Shown here: positions 1-13,840 of the stretch, piece by piece
How positions within the stretch are numbered: position 1 is the first letter of the stretch
Layout: each line of letters opens with the position of its first letter
Assembly (NCBI RefSeq): GCF_006345805.1
Contig: NC_042998.1
Span: forward strand, 151,590,001 to 151,654,000
Reading direction: 5' to 3'
DNA from: Octopus sinensis
Lineage: Eukaryota
DNA length: 64,000 nt
Translations under genes and position numbers: made by a program
The notes under the pieces: model-generated
What the model saw: the letters and a program-made list of their open reading frames with translations, nothing else
What the model was told of the DNA's origin: nothing
The model's database searches: none

Positions 1-489
1 GTATGTATGTATGTATGTACACATGTATGTATGTGTATGTGTGTGTAAATATACATACACATACATACATGCACACATATATGCATATATATCTGTGTGT
101 GTAGTGTGTGTGTGTGTGTGTGTGTGTGTGGTGTGCATAATTCAAAATGAAAATATTTAAACTTCCTATCCTATCAGGTATTGAGTACTTTACCGAATAG
201 TGGTGACTGAGAAGTCGGAGAAGGAATGCCTATTGCAGTGTAAAACAAAAGAATGTTGACCACTTTCAACAATGCTGCTCAGAACCACTGGAGAGAACGA
301 TTAGTTACCATCTTGTTACTAAAGAAAGGGAAACGCATATAACCCTTTTGTATTTAAAAGTATTGAGATGTTCAACCTTTGAAGTAGTTGTTCCCTGTTG
401 GGCAAGCTTCGAAAGAAGTTACAGTGACTTATGTTGAGAAACAAGAATCTTTCCGCTTTGTTTAAGACTGGTTCTTTGTTAAGCAAAAT

Positions 490-532
<43 letters not shown>

Positions 533-960
533 GTGGATTGCAGGGTCCTCTTGCGAATAATTAACTACAAATCCACATAGGTCTCATTTCTGTATTTTAA
601 AATCGCACTTTAATAACTTTATCCACATCCCGAGGAACACGAATCGAAAAAAAAGATTGCTTTTCCGGTTTTATGTCGTATTTAAAAAATAAGATCATAC
701 TATGCACATTACAATGAATAGAATATTGTTTCAAAAAGTTCTTTACTGACAACACACTCAAACATACACATGTATACGCATTTATGTATGTACATGTATA
801 AAGTGCTCAGTATAATCCTTCATACGACTCTTAGATGTTCATACCTTGAGAAGTGTTTCTTAAAATATGTCTTGTCTCATCTCGATACACATTTTTCATA
901 TCAACAGAGAAAAAATATGTTATAACTGAAAACCAAAATTGGTATGATACATGTCTTATA

Positions 961-1745
961 CGAGGGGCGTTCAATAAGTAATGCCCCTGACCCACTTCCT
1001 ATAGCAGTAGAGCAACGAAACTTGGCACAGTTATTAGTCTTTTTCTACATAGGAACCGCCCAGAGTTACGCATTTCTACCATCGTTTGATGCAGCTCTGG
1101 AGACCGTTTTTGTAGAAGACTCCAGCTTGGTCCTCTAACCTGAACGTGACTTCAGAAATCAAGGCTGCATCATCTGGGAAACGCTTTCTTTTCAAAAACA
1201 ACTTCATGACTGGGGAGAGGTGAAAATCAGAGTGCAAGGTCAGGAAAGTAGGGGGGATGGGGGAGGAGTTCATAGCCATACGCCTGTGCTTCTGATCTGG
1301 CGACAAGCGAGTTGTGGACCGGAGCGTTGTCCTGCAGGAGGAGGATGCCTTTGCTGATCTTGCCCCGCCTCTTGATTTTGATAACTTCTCTTATTTCCTC
1401 AAAAGTGAAGCATAATAGGCTCCTGTAATTGTGGTACCCTTTGCCAGGAAATCTGTCATCACTACTCCGTCCTGGTCCCAGAAGACTGTGAGCATGACCT
1501 TGCCAGCGGAGGGCTGCACCCTTGCCTTCTTTGGAGGAGGTGAGTCACGGTGCTTCCACTGCATTGACTGGGCTTTGGTCTCTGAATCATCGTGATGGAC
1601 CCAGGTTTCATCCTGTGTAATCAGTCTTTTGAAAAATTTTGACTCATCTTCTTGGCACATCTCCAAATTCATCCTCGAGCACCCAACGCGTTCTTGCTTC
1701 TGGAAAGGCGTGAGCAACCTGGGAATCCATCTGGCAGACACCTTT
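961..1745 (-). mobile_element. Mariner (DD34D) transposon remnant, 5'-truncated, one TIR retained
   Basis: TA|CGAGGGGCGTTCAATAAGTAATG TIR-like end at 961. Minus strand encodes WIPRLL, TQDETW, KVMLTVFWD and QDNAPVH...PDLA(P)SD (34-residue D-D spacing, one frameshift), ending KCVTLGGSYVEKD*. Confidence 0.92.
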
Positions 1746-2328
1746 TTAACATTTTTTTTTAATATCCAATGGAGTGTCGACGATTAATCCAATTTTTTTT
1801 TATGTATTTACGAATATATTATCATATGTATTGTCACGCTACTTCCCTGCTTCAATTATTCGAATAATCAGCAACTTGAAACTCAGAATAACAATTCAAG
1901 AAACTTCAGCTTGGAAAAACAAACTCTACTTTATGTATTGAATACATAAAGATCCCTTTGTTGGTAAACACACGCCAATCCATATGTATGCATATATATG
2001 CATACATATTTATAAATGTACATTCACACGCGCATGCATGCAGACGCACGCACACACACACACACACACACACCACACACACACACATACACACACACAC
2101 ATACACACACACACACACACGCATATCCATCAACGATCCCACCTGCAGAGGAAATCACTTACAGAGGAAAATGATTTCTGTAATATACTTCCGGTGAGTT
2201 ACTCTGGGTTCTCACCGTAACCAAACTTATTTTACCATTGTCAATTAACAAGGTTGCATTACGGCACAGTTTTTCAACATTGCTCTTCTACTTATTTCAT
2301 TTACAACCGGAAACTCCAGACTGATTTG

Positions 2329-2431
<103 letters not shown>

Positions 2432-3543
2432 CCTATCTATCTAGCTAGCTAGCTAGCTTTCTATCTTTCTTTCTCTTTTTCTTTCTTTGCTTTATTCTAT
2501 ATTCATATTTTTCTTCTTTATTATTTATTTTCTTTTAATCATTTTTTCGCTTCTATCTGTAAAGTTTTTACTGTCCCATATTTCTTTGCATGTAAATGTA
2601 CACGCCCGCACATACCATGGCATATATACAAACGGACACATATGCAAATATCAATAGACGCGTGTATATGTATATATCTAAACACGCATACAAATATAAG
2701 TAAACTCATATACCATATATGTGCGTATAAATACATATTTATACATATGAATATATATATGTATGTAGATATGTACGTATATGCATATATATATATGTGT
2801 GTGCAAATAAATATATATATACATATACATAGAGAGAGAGGGGGAGAAAGACTTTATAGACTTGTTTATGTGTTTATACTTAGATACTAAGATGTATGTG
2901 CATGTAGAAATACATATATACATATATAAATATGTGTGTGCGCGTGTGTCACCATGTGTATGAGCATGCGTGTATGTGTATGTATGTATGTATGTTTGTA
3001 TGTATGTATATGAGTATGTATGTATGCTTGTATATATTCAAGTACGTCTATTTGTACGAACCCATTTATATTTCATAGGATGTGATCAAACGTGTCGCCA
3101 TATATTCCAGCACATCTCGCCTTATGTAGAAGGAAGATTTCTTATATGAAAAAAATATTACCGAAAGAAACAATTATTATGGAGAAAGCATGAAAATAAC
3201 AAAACAAAAAAAAAATTTAGAAACGAAATACAATTAATAAAATTATAACAACAAATATAATAAAATAATAACGAGTGATATAGCGACAAAAACGACGCTT
3301 TGTTCCTTTTGTACTTTTTTTTGGCGGTGGTGGGGTGTAATATTTTGTTCGTTGTTTTCTTCTACATTTATAATCATGTAAGTGAACACGAAAACCCTTC
3401 GGAGATGATAGTGGCAACAACGACGATGACGATGACAACGATGATGATCATGATCATAATGACCATGATGATTATGATGGTGATAATGATAGTTGGGAGG
3501 ATGATGATCATCAGATTACTATTATTATTATTATTATTATTAT

Positions 3544-3579
<36 letters not shown>

Positions 3580-3876
3580 CAGCAGCAGCAGTAGTAGTAG
3601 TAGTTGTTGTTGTTGTTGTTGTTTTTGTAGTAGTAGTAGTAGTTTTGTGTTTGAACAAGATGTCGCAACGTTTGTCGGTGAATTTGTGTGACTTCATTAC
3701 AAAGTGAAGCAAAATATAAGACATGGCAGATTGTATGAAAAATTATCTTAGCAGGGAACACATACAAACGGTATACGTGTGTATATGCATGACTGTATGC
3801 ATGTATACATATATGCATAAAGTCTTGTACACACATACACACATATATACAGATATATGTGTATTTATGGAAGCAT

Positions 3877-3942
<66 letters not shown>

Positions 3943-4278
3943 CATATATACATATATATTGTATGTACATGAATATGTGTGTGTATGTGTGTAAACTTAT
4001 ACATAAATACATACATATCTTTTTATCTACCAATCTATTTGTCTTTATATACATCTATCTACTTACATATATGTGAGTGCATGTGTGCATGGATGTATAT
4101 ATGTATCTATGCAGGTATGTTAGTATGAATGTATGCGTGCATATATTGACGAATTGCTCATGTCAGACTATGTAAACAACTGTGAGATCAGAAAAGCAGA
4201 TAAATATACAGGGAGGCATGCGTTTACTTGCATACATAGACTCACATACCTACATGCATACATACACATATATGTGCA

Positions 4279-4336
<58 letters not shown>

Positions 4337-4482
4337 ACTTATAAATATGGGCAAACGAAAGAATTTCTAATTCCAAATATGCCGAAAATTGGATATATTG
4401 TCCATTACCATATGATTTTTCACAATACGCACGCTACTCGAAAAAGGCCGACAGAAATTTCTAAAAAATTCCATTATTACCA

Positions 4483-4535
4483 TATCAGACCGATTTCAGG
4501 GTTAGTCCGTAAGAATCCTCCCTTCGTCCGTGATA
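4483..4535 (-). ncRNA. Degenerate type I hammerhead ribozyme (U4>G core change)
   Basis: Minus strand: TATCA-CGGACGA-AGGG[18 nt]CCCT-GAAAT-CG-GTC-TGATA. Stems I and II pair, but the core deviates from CUGANGA/GAAAC. Confidence 0.45.
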
Positions 4536-5384
4536 AATGTGGTAAAGAAATAAATGAGATACTTACTCATACCCATGGAAGAAGCAAAACACTAAGTCAT
4601 GAGCACAATTAAGTACCCCAAATACATCCAAAATAGAAATACTCCAGCCCATTCAAGACACGTGCGATTTGAACTGAGGCTCTCACTCATATATATATAT
4701 ATATAAAATTAAATAAGGGTTGAAATTGATATTAATCAATTAAAACCACTGGCCTAGCATATTTTAAAAAATCCGAAGATTAAAAATTTTTTTACATACA
4801 AAATTTAGAGGACTGATGCATACATATACACAACACACACATATATATATATGAGAAATAAGTATGACACACCAACGCGTATACATAAAAACATACATCA
4901 CAATACGTTCTAAGTAAGTATATACCTTACCGCCAAGTGAGGATGTAGAGATTGTAAATTCAATCCAGAATGAAAAAGAATGCCTCAGAATAATACCTAA
5001 TTTTGATTTCATTTATATTCCATCCCGGTCAATACACATAACTGTGTCCAACTAAACCAGACGTTATAAATAGTACATATAATGTGAGGTTTCGTGTTTT
5101 CATTAAGAAAATAATACATATAGAAATCTTGAAATTTACGATCGAAATCAAAATTAAGATAAGTTTACGCAAGAAATAGTGCAATCTTCTACTAAATTTT
5201 ATGACCAAATCAAAATATTGCTTGGTTTGTCTGGCACTCATTAGCTGCTGCCGGAATAATATTTTCGTGTCCCTACGATATATATTGTGGTTTTAACATA
5301 TGTCTATAAGAGACTTTTAGCTATGACGAAAACTGCAGTATCTTGTCTATCAACGAGGTATATACGTTAAACTGAATTGTTGTT

Positions 5385-5815
5385 TAATTATGATTTTGTT
5401 TAATTGAAATATATATCTTAAATATAGTATTGTTTAGTTTAAGCAAAATAATATTTAACTTAATTAAAATATTTTTAGTTTAATGAAAACATGTATTTTA
5501 ATTAAAATATTGTTAGTTTAATTGAAATAAAGTTAAGATTTATAAAAATATTATTCAGTTAATTAAAATAATATTTAGTTTAATTAAAATAAGATTGTGA
5601 TTAATTAAAATATTATTTAGTTTACTTAATATAATCAAATTAATGTTTAGTTTAATAGAAATATTAAAATATTGTTTAGAGCAATCAAAATATCATTTAC
5701 TTTCATTAAGATATTGTTTAAATTAATTAAAACATTATTTAATTATTTAATAGTTTAATATTGTTTAATTAAAATATTTTTTGTTTAATTAAACTGTTTA
5801 GATTTTTTAAAAACT
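5385..5815. repeat. Degenerate AT-rich minisatellite (~20-nt unit like AATTAAAATATTGTTTAGTTT)
   Basis: Recurring TTAATTAAAATA / TTTAGTTT motifs with almost no C or G. Confidence 0.6.
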
Positions 5816-8275
5816 AGTTTTGCACTTGGTTTGATAAACACGTAGAATGTAAGATATATAAAAAGATAGCTGAAGGAAGCCAAGCGTCATACTTTCCAAA
5901 TGAAACTAGATTCATACACATACAGAGACACACACACAGACACATACACACACAGAGACTAGTATATATGTATATATATATTAAAAATTGTGTGTATATG
6001 TTTATATATATATATATATTATATATATATATGTAAATGCATGCATCATTATGTGTGTGTGTATATGTATATATATATATATTATATATATATATATATA
6101 TATATTATATTATATATATATATTATATATATATTATATTATATATATATATACATATATATATACTCACACACACATACACAGACGCGCACGCGTGCAC
6201 GCACATGAGCGCACACACTCACCCCTACATATCCTATTTACATGCGTGCCTATGTGCTTGTACACTTTTTCTGTTCTCTGTATGTATATGTCTATATATG
6301 TAATAAAAAGTATTTCATGATAGATTTGACACATAGACAATAACACGCTCCAGAACTGTTTTAAGGTCATAAATAACTAGAACTATACATAAATAAATAA
6401 CCAAATAAACATATACAGTAAAAAATAGTTTAAAAAATAGTGATAAAAGAAATATTGAACTGAGTGAGTAAGAAAAAAGCGAATTGAAAAAAGTTAAAGA
6501 AAAAAACCCACATCTATTTGGTTGTGAATAGAGTTCCTGCCCATTGTAGAATTTGTGTTTGGATGTTTGAATTGGTGTGTAGAGTGTAATGACGTAAGCT
6601 ACGTGACTGGGCAATGCAAAAAGGAAGCATTTACCGGCGGCTGATTTAATCGTGACTCTGAAGGGATTCTTTTTTAAATAAGGAATAACAACAGACACCT
6701 GCGTGTGTGTGTGTATGTCTCCGTAGGTGTGTAGTGGTGTGAGTGCGTGTTTACCTAAAAATAAAAACTTAGAAAGCAAGACTTGGTACGTAAACGTAGA
6801 CACATTGGCTTCAGTGGTACCATTACTGTTATGCAAAACCTGAAGCTCTGGATCTAATTTCAATGAAGAGTTTGTGATTCCTAGTTCTTTTCTCTATAAT
6901 TTTGTCAACATTCTGATTACCACGAAGGGAAAACAATGTCCAATGTGTAGGCGGTATTCTACTTGGCTGGGTATCTTTTGCGTGTGTGACGTTTTGTTGA
7001 CCTTGATAAAGTCAATGTGCATTTGGGACGATAATATAAAAAGAAAGAAATCTAATAAGTTTATTCAGAAGTCTTTCACTGTAGATCAAGCTGATATTTC
7101 TGATAGTTAAGAGTCATGTAATGATCTCTCTATCTCAGTCAATACATATAATCACAACCAATGCATGCTATCATCAAATGAACCAACAACGGGAACCTTT
7201 AAGTGAGTCCTTCATCTGTTAGGCACTAGAGCCAAATCTCCTTCCGTCCTAAAAAATGGAACACATTGCATTGAGCATAATATAGAATGTCACGTGGTAT
7301 TTGTTCTGACTCATTGCGCTTTGAGTTCAAATGCCGCTGATGTTAACTTTGTCGTTTATTCTTTCAGGATCAATTTTTAAAAATGTAGCAGTTCAGGGTT
7401 GTGGATTGACAGGACTGTATGAGGCCATGTGGTATTTGGTTCAGTTCTTTGCATTTTGAGCTTATTATCTGTTAATATCACGATTTGTAATTTGCCCTAA
7501 ACCAGAGAAGACTTGATGTTTTTCATATTCATTGAACGTTCATATTGGCGTTTCACATTTACTACGGCCTCTACAATCATGTTTTCTGGTTATCTTTCAA
7601 CATTACATTATACAATAACATGTAAACAAACTTTTTTTCCTTTTGAAAGCGATGAATATATATCGTATCATATAGACAAGAAAGTAACATTTCAAACGTA
7701 GTATAGCCGTGAAAACAACACAGGTGCTGGTTCGAGTCCCTTGGCTATCTGCTGACAACTTTTTCCGTCATGTAAAAGGAAAATACTCTAACTTTCTGTT
7801 GTTTTCACAGTCTGTATAATACGATATTACATTATATTGTTCTTTTGGACAAAAGAGTGGAATTGGTGACATTATGTACATAGTGTCATCTATATTTATT
7901 GAGAAATTTCCAATCTGGGTAAATACTTTATTTCGTCCCTCTATACCTGCAACCATGCATTGAAAAAATAAGTTATTACTCCATATTAAATAACCAGCTT
8001 GCTTGTTTTTCGTTAATTTTACGTATTAAAATATTGAAGTCATAAAAATATCGTGATTTTGCATGTGAATATATTGATATCTTGCGAGATGTGCGAATGA
8101 CAATTGAATACATGAATGTGTGACACATTTTCTGACACTTTTTTTTTTTTTTTGCATGCGATCAAATTTTGTTCACGGATCATTTTCCGATGTGTTTACG
8201 ATCATTTTTTAAAAATTCTTATATATTGTCACGTTGCTTCTCCATTTCATCTGCGACTGAAACAAGTGTAACTCT

Positions 8276-8328
<53 letters not shown>

Positions 8329-8403
8329 AAGGAGAAGAAGAAGAAGAAGAAGAGAAGAAGAAGAAGAAGAAGAAGAAGAAGAAGAAGAAGAAGAAGAAGA
8401 AGA

Positions 8404-9208
8404 AGCTATAAATACCTGGGGATAAACGAAGGAGACGGTATACAACATGCTACTATGAAGAAAAAATACGGAAGGAGTATTACAGAAGAATACGACTCAT
8501 ACTAAAAACTGAACTCAACTCTAAAAATCGCACCGAAGCCGTTAACACCCCGGCACTTCCAGTAGTCAAATAGTTTTAACATCATTAACTGGAATCTTAC
8601 AGAACTCCAACGCCTGGACAGGAAGACAAGAAAACTACTAACACCTAAGCGCATGCACCATCTAAAAGCAGATGTTGATCGTCTGTACCCACGTAAGAGG
8701 AATGATGCAGTTAGAAGTGTACAATAAGACATCCACAATAGCAGTGAACAAGTACTTATCTAGAACAGAGGACTGGATGCTGCGGCTTGTGTGCAAACAC
8801 AAAAGTAGCAAAAAATTGCATTCTATTGTCAAGAAAATTGCAAATTCACAAGGGAACTCAGTATTAACCATAAATTAGATTTAGATGAAGAACCTGAAAC
8901 CACTGCCACGGAAAAAGCAAAACGGATCAAACAGACTAAAAATTACAGGCAGAAAAAAATTGAGGAGCGGTGGAGTCAGAATTCTCTGCATGAATAGTAT
9001 ATACTTCGAAGCCAAAACGCTGATGTAGACCAAGCAACAACCCATCAGTGGCTGAGAAGCTCAGGACTAAATGCAGAGACGGAAAGTTTCATATTGGCAG
9101 CACAAGATCAAAGCTTGCTTACAAAAAACTACCAGGCTAACGTTCTTCAAAACGGTTCTGACCCTAAATGCAGATTCTGCGATAAATTTGATGAAACAAT
9201 AGACCATG
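8404..9208 (+). mobile_element. R4/Dong-like (RLE-type) non-LTR retrotransposon fragment: RT C-terminus to start of zinc knuckle, frameshifted
   Basis: Joined frames read YKYLGINE...KEYYRRIRLILKTELN...INWNLTELQRLDRKTRKLLT...ADVDRLY...ETESFILAAQDQSLLTKNYQA...PKCRFC...ETIDH. Confidence 0.75.
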
Positions 9209-9982
9209 AGGTAGTAACAATTCAAAGTGAATTACTCCTTTGCAATCCCACCAGATAGAGAGAAGAACCTTTTTTCCATGAAGTTACCTTCTTAGCTGTG
9301 GTTGAGCTTTTTCCCTTTTACCAAGCCATTTACGACGTTTAACATTTCGATAGAAGATCCATTTTTCGTCACCATTCACAAGTCTATCCAAAAAGGGTGA
9401 AATGATTTCGCGATAATGGAGAGAAGAATAGATGTCAACTCGAGATTTGCGGTTGCTTTTGGACAATTCACGAGGCACCCATTTTCCAAGTTTAGGAACG
9501 TTTCTAAGTTGTTGAAGATGACAATGAACAGTTGTATGGTTTGAACTAAGCTTTATTGCCAATTCTTCAACTGATAGTGCAGTATTTTCTTCAAGTAATG
9601 CCTCAAGGAGCTTATCATCAAAGTCATCTGGATGTCCCTATTCAATCTTCATGAAGGCTGAAATTTCCACTTACGAATTCTTTCCTTCAAGCATTCTTTC
9701 CCATAAGCTTAGTGTATGTTTCAAGTCGCTTCGGCTGCAAAGTTTCCTTTTTGTACTCTTAAAGCATTATGTGCCTTAAATGCTCTTTGAATACTTCCAT
9801 GTAAGAAAGGGTTTTAATCAAAGAAATGTTAATTCTATTATCCTGTAAAATGATATTTAATTAGTTTAAATGTACACAAATGCATAACAATAAATTTAAT
9901 TCGTTAGACATTCTAAAATACTATTAAATTACATTGAATTTTAAAAAAGGTAAAATCGGACAGAACTTATGGGATGATCTGA
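9209..9982 (-). mobile_element. Mariner transposon remnant (5' half with TIR, Hsmar1/SETMAR-like)
   Basis: ORF 9284-9562: LGKWVPREL...NGDEKWIFYRN, continuing into IWWDCKGVIHFELL. Minus-strand start TA|TCAGATCATCCCATAAGTTCTGTCCG. Confidence 0.88.
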
Positions 9983-10064
9983 TATAATTATATATATATG
10001 TATATGTATATGTGTATATATATTTATATATATATATTATATATATATATATATATATTATAAT

Positions 10065-10096
<32 letters not shown>

Positions 10097-10144
10097 CATA
10101 TATATGTAGGCGCAGGAGTGTCTGTGTGGTAAGTAGCTTGCTTA

Positions 10145-12105
10145 CCCAGAATGCAACACTTGTTGGTCTGGACTGTTACAGTGAGTAGATGTGAGTTTCA
10201 GCTCCGCGAATAGAAAAAAAGAACAAAAAGAAAATTGTCAATTATGGCTCGCTATAGCGAGCAAAATACTGGGTTCTCATCACCGTAACGGTGAATCGAG
10301 AATTTTTTTTGAAAATTCTTCTTGTGAATTCTAGTGGGCGTATCTCGCCAGAAAAATAAGAATAAGCCATTTGGATTACCTTTTGGATTACCTTTTTGGA
10401 GTATTATACAAAGGATTCCATGTCTGTGCTATTTGTGAGGTGTTTCTTTTACTTTTCCCTTCTTCTATTTTTTCTTTCTTTCTAAATTTTGGTTCATTCT
10501 TTTCATTACTTTAATTTCAGCTTCCTCCCCTCCACTTTTGTTTTATTTTTATTCGGTTTAATTTTTTGGCAGACTGTCTTTTGAACTACTTTTGAACTGT
10601 TTTTTGACATGGCAGAGAAGGAACTTAAAAAGAAAAACTCTGTCTTAGAGTGGGAAATTAACCCGCCTAAGCAATGGTTAAAAGATATGGAGGAGAAGAC
10701 GATGGTACTTAGAACGTATTCTAAAGTTCTTAATTCTATCACCGTCTTCCCAAAACAAGTCATAAAAAATGAACTTAAAGAACATTTGTCCTCTGTAAAA
10801 TATATATCCCGTGGTTGCTGTTTGACAACGGGGAAAAGGCTCGCCAGTTTGCGAGTCAGCCTTTAGAAGGCAAGGAAATACTGTTTCTCCCGTCATATTG
10901 TGGAAGAAAATTAATACGAGCCTGGACATGTGGGCTCCCCCCGGTCACCGAAGCGGATTGGATTGAAGATACCATCCGACGGGGACTGGGGGATGGCGGG
11001 CCCAGGCTCTTAAATGTAAGAGTATTGCCGGCGGTCGATTGGGAAGGGTCAAAAACAGAACTGGTTTTTCCAGATTTCTTGAAAATGGCTGGCTGCAGGT
11101 ATCCGGTGATACTTGAGGGACGTCCCGTAAAGTGTCACTCGTGCCTGCAGCCAGACCACATTAAAAGGAACTGCCCCCAGGACCATGGTAAGGTCCTGGA
11201 ACAGTCACTAGATGCCACCTCCCCTACCCGGTCAAAGGGAGAGGTGGATGTGGTCGAGGAGGCTTCAGCCTCCTCAACTCAAAAAGGATTAAAAAGGAAG
11301 AAGGCGGGCAACAATAGTTGCCCGCCGAAGGAACCTAAGGCTTCGGAAGGCAGGGGAGAGTCTCCGGACAAAGCGGAAGAGCTCCACTCTCCCGAAGCCA
11401 GGAAGAAAAGAAAAAATGAAGGAAGAAGAACGGATCACCTCAGCGGGGAGATGATGTGCCAACTGCATGTCCCGAAGTTGTGCCACCTTGTCTACAAGGG
11501 TGGGGAGGTGGAAAAATAGTAGAAGAACATAAAGAAACAGTAGATATGCCCTTCGCACGGGTTTCCCGAATGGCCTCCGCAGATAGCTGTGGAGGTCATA
11601 AGGTTTCCCCTGTGGGAAAGGCTTAAAGGATTTGGGGAGGAGTGTCGCACATGGCCGGGTAGCCCTTACACGACTTACATGTCCTACATGAGTGAGGCAT
11701 GGGAAATGGTGGGATACAGGAACTCAAGCGGCATTGAAGATAATGATGAATAATATCGATGGATATATCGAAGAGTAGGAGGTGAAAGACCCTCGTTACA
11801 GGGTTTGAAACCTCATCTTATTGGATTATTTTGTAGTGGTTTATAACCTCAAATTTGTGCTTTAAGAAAGAAAAAAAGAAAGAAAACATGTTAAGTAAGA
11901 GGTTTTAATGCCTCATCCTTGTAAGAGGTTTGAAACCTCATATTGATTTAAAAAAAAAAAAGAAAATATGTTTTCGAGAAAAATCCAATCGGCCGGTGTT
12001 GGGTTTCGTCTCTCATTTATTCATTATATTTCATTTTCATTCATTAATGTATTTGTTCAGCCCGCAAAGCTCTTTGTACTGTCTATATGACAAATTTATG
12101 AAATA
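10145..12105 (+). mobile_element. ORF1-only (HAL1-like) Tx1/L1-type non-autonomous retroelement with 14-bp TSD
   Basis: AAGTAGCTTGCTTA is duplicated at 10131-10144 and 12106-12119. ~460-nt 5' UTR, ORF1 with a CCHC knuckle, no EN/RT, ends in ...TTTATGAAATAAA. Confidence 0.78.
10609..11753 (+). pseudogene. Disrupted Tx1/L1-type ORF1 (gag-like nucleic-acid-binding protein)
   Basis: ORF 10609-10866 shifts into 10815-11519, which contains KCHSCLQPDHIKRNC (CX2CX4HX4C). The same frame resumes after stops and ends ...IEDNDE* at 11753. Homologous by eye to 35159-35690. Confidence 0.72.
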
Positions 12106-12635
12106 AAGTAGCTTGCTTAACAACCACATGGTTCTGTGTTAAGTCCCATTGCGTGGCACCTTGGTCAAGTGTCTTCTAATATAGCCGCGGGCCGACCAAA
12201 GCCTTGTGAGTAGATTTGGTAGTCGGAAACTGAAAGAAGCCCGTTGTATATATGTATATGTATATATATGTGTGTGTGTTTCTGTGTCTGTATTTGTCTC
12301 CCCAACATCGCTTGACAACCGATGGTGGTGTGTTTACGTCCTCGTAACCTAGCGGTTCGACAAAAGAGACCGATAGAATAAGTACTAGGCTTACAAAGAA
12401 TAAACTCTGGAGTAGATTTCCTTGTCTAAAGGCGGTGCTCCAGCATGGCCGCCGTCAAATGACTGAAACAAGTAAAAAAGATATATATATATATATATAT
12501 AATATATATGTATATAGACAAAGAGAGAGAGGGGAGGGAGAGAGTAAGAGGGTGAGAGAGAGAGAAAGACAAAGAACTACAGAGATACATATATACTTTC
12601 ATACACGCATACATACATACATATACAGACAGATA

Positions 12636-12683
<48 letters not shown>

Positions 12684-12985
12684 AAACACATACACATGTT
12701 TCAGCTGGGCGTGGTAATGCGTGTCTTTTATATCTGTTAAGTTCCAGCTTATGCCTCTGTGTGTTCGTGTGTGTGTGTGTGTTTGTATTTTGGGTGGGTG
12801 GGAGTATGGATGTGGGGTGTGTGTGGGGGTGGTGGTGTCAGTTAAGGATCATTAAATGTTCAGAGGTGGATTCTGACGGAACTATTTTCACACAGTTGTT
12901 ACCAAGAGACGCAATTTTTTTTCCTTTGTACGTATGCTTGTCGGTATCTTTGTAACCGACAGTATGCGTGTGCGTGCACTCATGC

Positions 12986-13026
<41 letters not shown>

Positions 13027-13234
13027 TGAGTGTGTGTTTGTGTGCCTGTATGATGGCTTTTTTCCATATATTCTTATCTGTTTTTATCTCGCTCATATTC
13101 CGGCTGGCAGCCATTTTTTATTGATATATTTATTAATTTGCAGATTTATGGTTTCTTTTTATTTCTTTTTTTTTTTCGCACTGAGCATTTGTTCTTTGGC
13201 AATATGTTGCAAAAGTGAGAAAAATCACCACACA

Positions 13235-13270
<36 letters not shown>

Positions 13271-13426
13271 GAGGCGGGCTCGGGCGGGTGCACACACACA
13301 TACCAGTGAGGGCGGGTGCACGCACAGAGAGGAAGTAAAAGGGTGAGAGAGAGAGAGTTTGTGTGTGTGTGTGAAAGAGGGAGAGAGATAGAGATTAGAT
13401 AGATAGATAGATAGATAGATAGAGAG

Positions 13427-13457
<31 letters not shown>

Positions 13458-13688
13458 AATTAAACGAAATGTGCTAACTGAGACATGGACATGAGTTTTT
13501 GGAAGAAGAGAAGAGAAGCAAAGAAATAGAAAGAGTGAATGAATGACATAAATGGAGAACGACGAAAGAAAAGTGAAATATAGAAAGTAATGTAGAGGCC
13601 ATTATGGAATATATATTACATATATACTACACACCACAAACCCACAAACACACACACACACATACATGATACATACATACATACATGC

Positions 13689-13744
<56 letters not shown>

Positions 13745-13805
13745 TACATACATACATAATACATACATACATGCATACATTACATATATATATATATATA
13801 TATAT

Positions 13806-13840
<35 letters not shown>

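Larger units (their letters stand above)
10109..12478 (+). mobile_element. tRNA-derived SINE (family A) split by a 1.96-kb insertion
   Basis: Head GGCGCAGGAGTGTCTGTGTGGTAAGTAGCTTGCTTA (10109-10144) resumes at 12106 and runs to the GACTGAAACAAGTAAAA tail. Matches the intact copies at 33389, 49802 and 53271. Confidence 0.9.

Noticed and set aside
2149-2193. Possible 45-nt microexon (CTGCAG|...CCG|GTGAGT)
   Set aside because: The polypyrimidine tract is weak, there are no partner exons and the peptide is not recognisable. It needs RNA-seq support.
6315-6863. 182-aa ORF on the minus strand
   Set aside because: It has no recognisable domain, and it runs through (CA)n and A/T-rich low-complexity sequence.
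13270-13325. GGGCGG boxes as a promoter
   Set aside because: They are embedded in (CA)n/(GA)n repeats with no other supporting elements.
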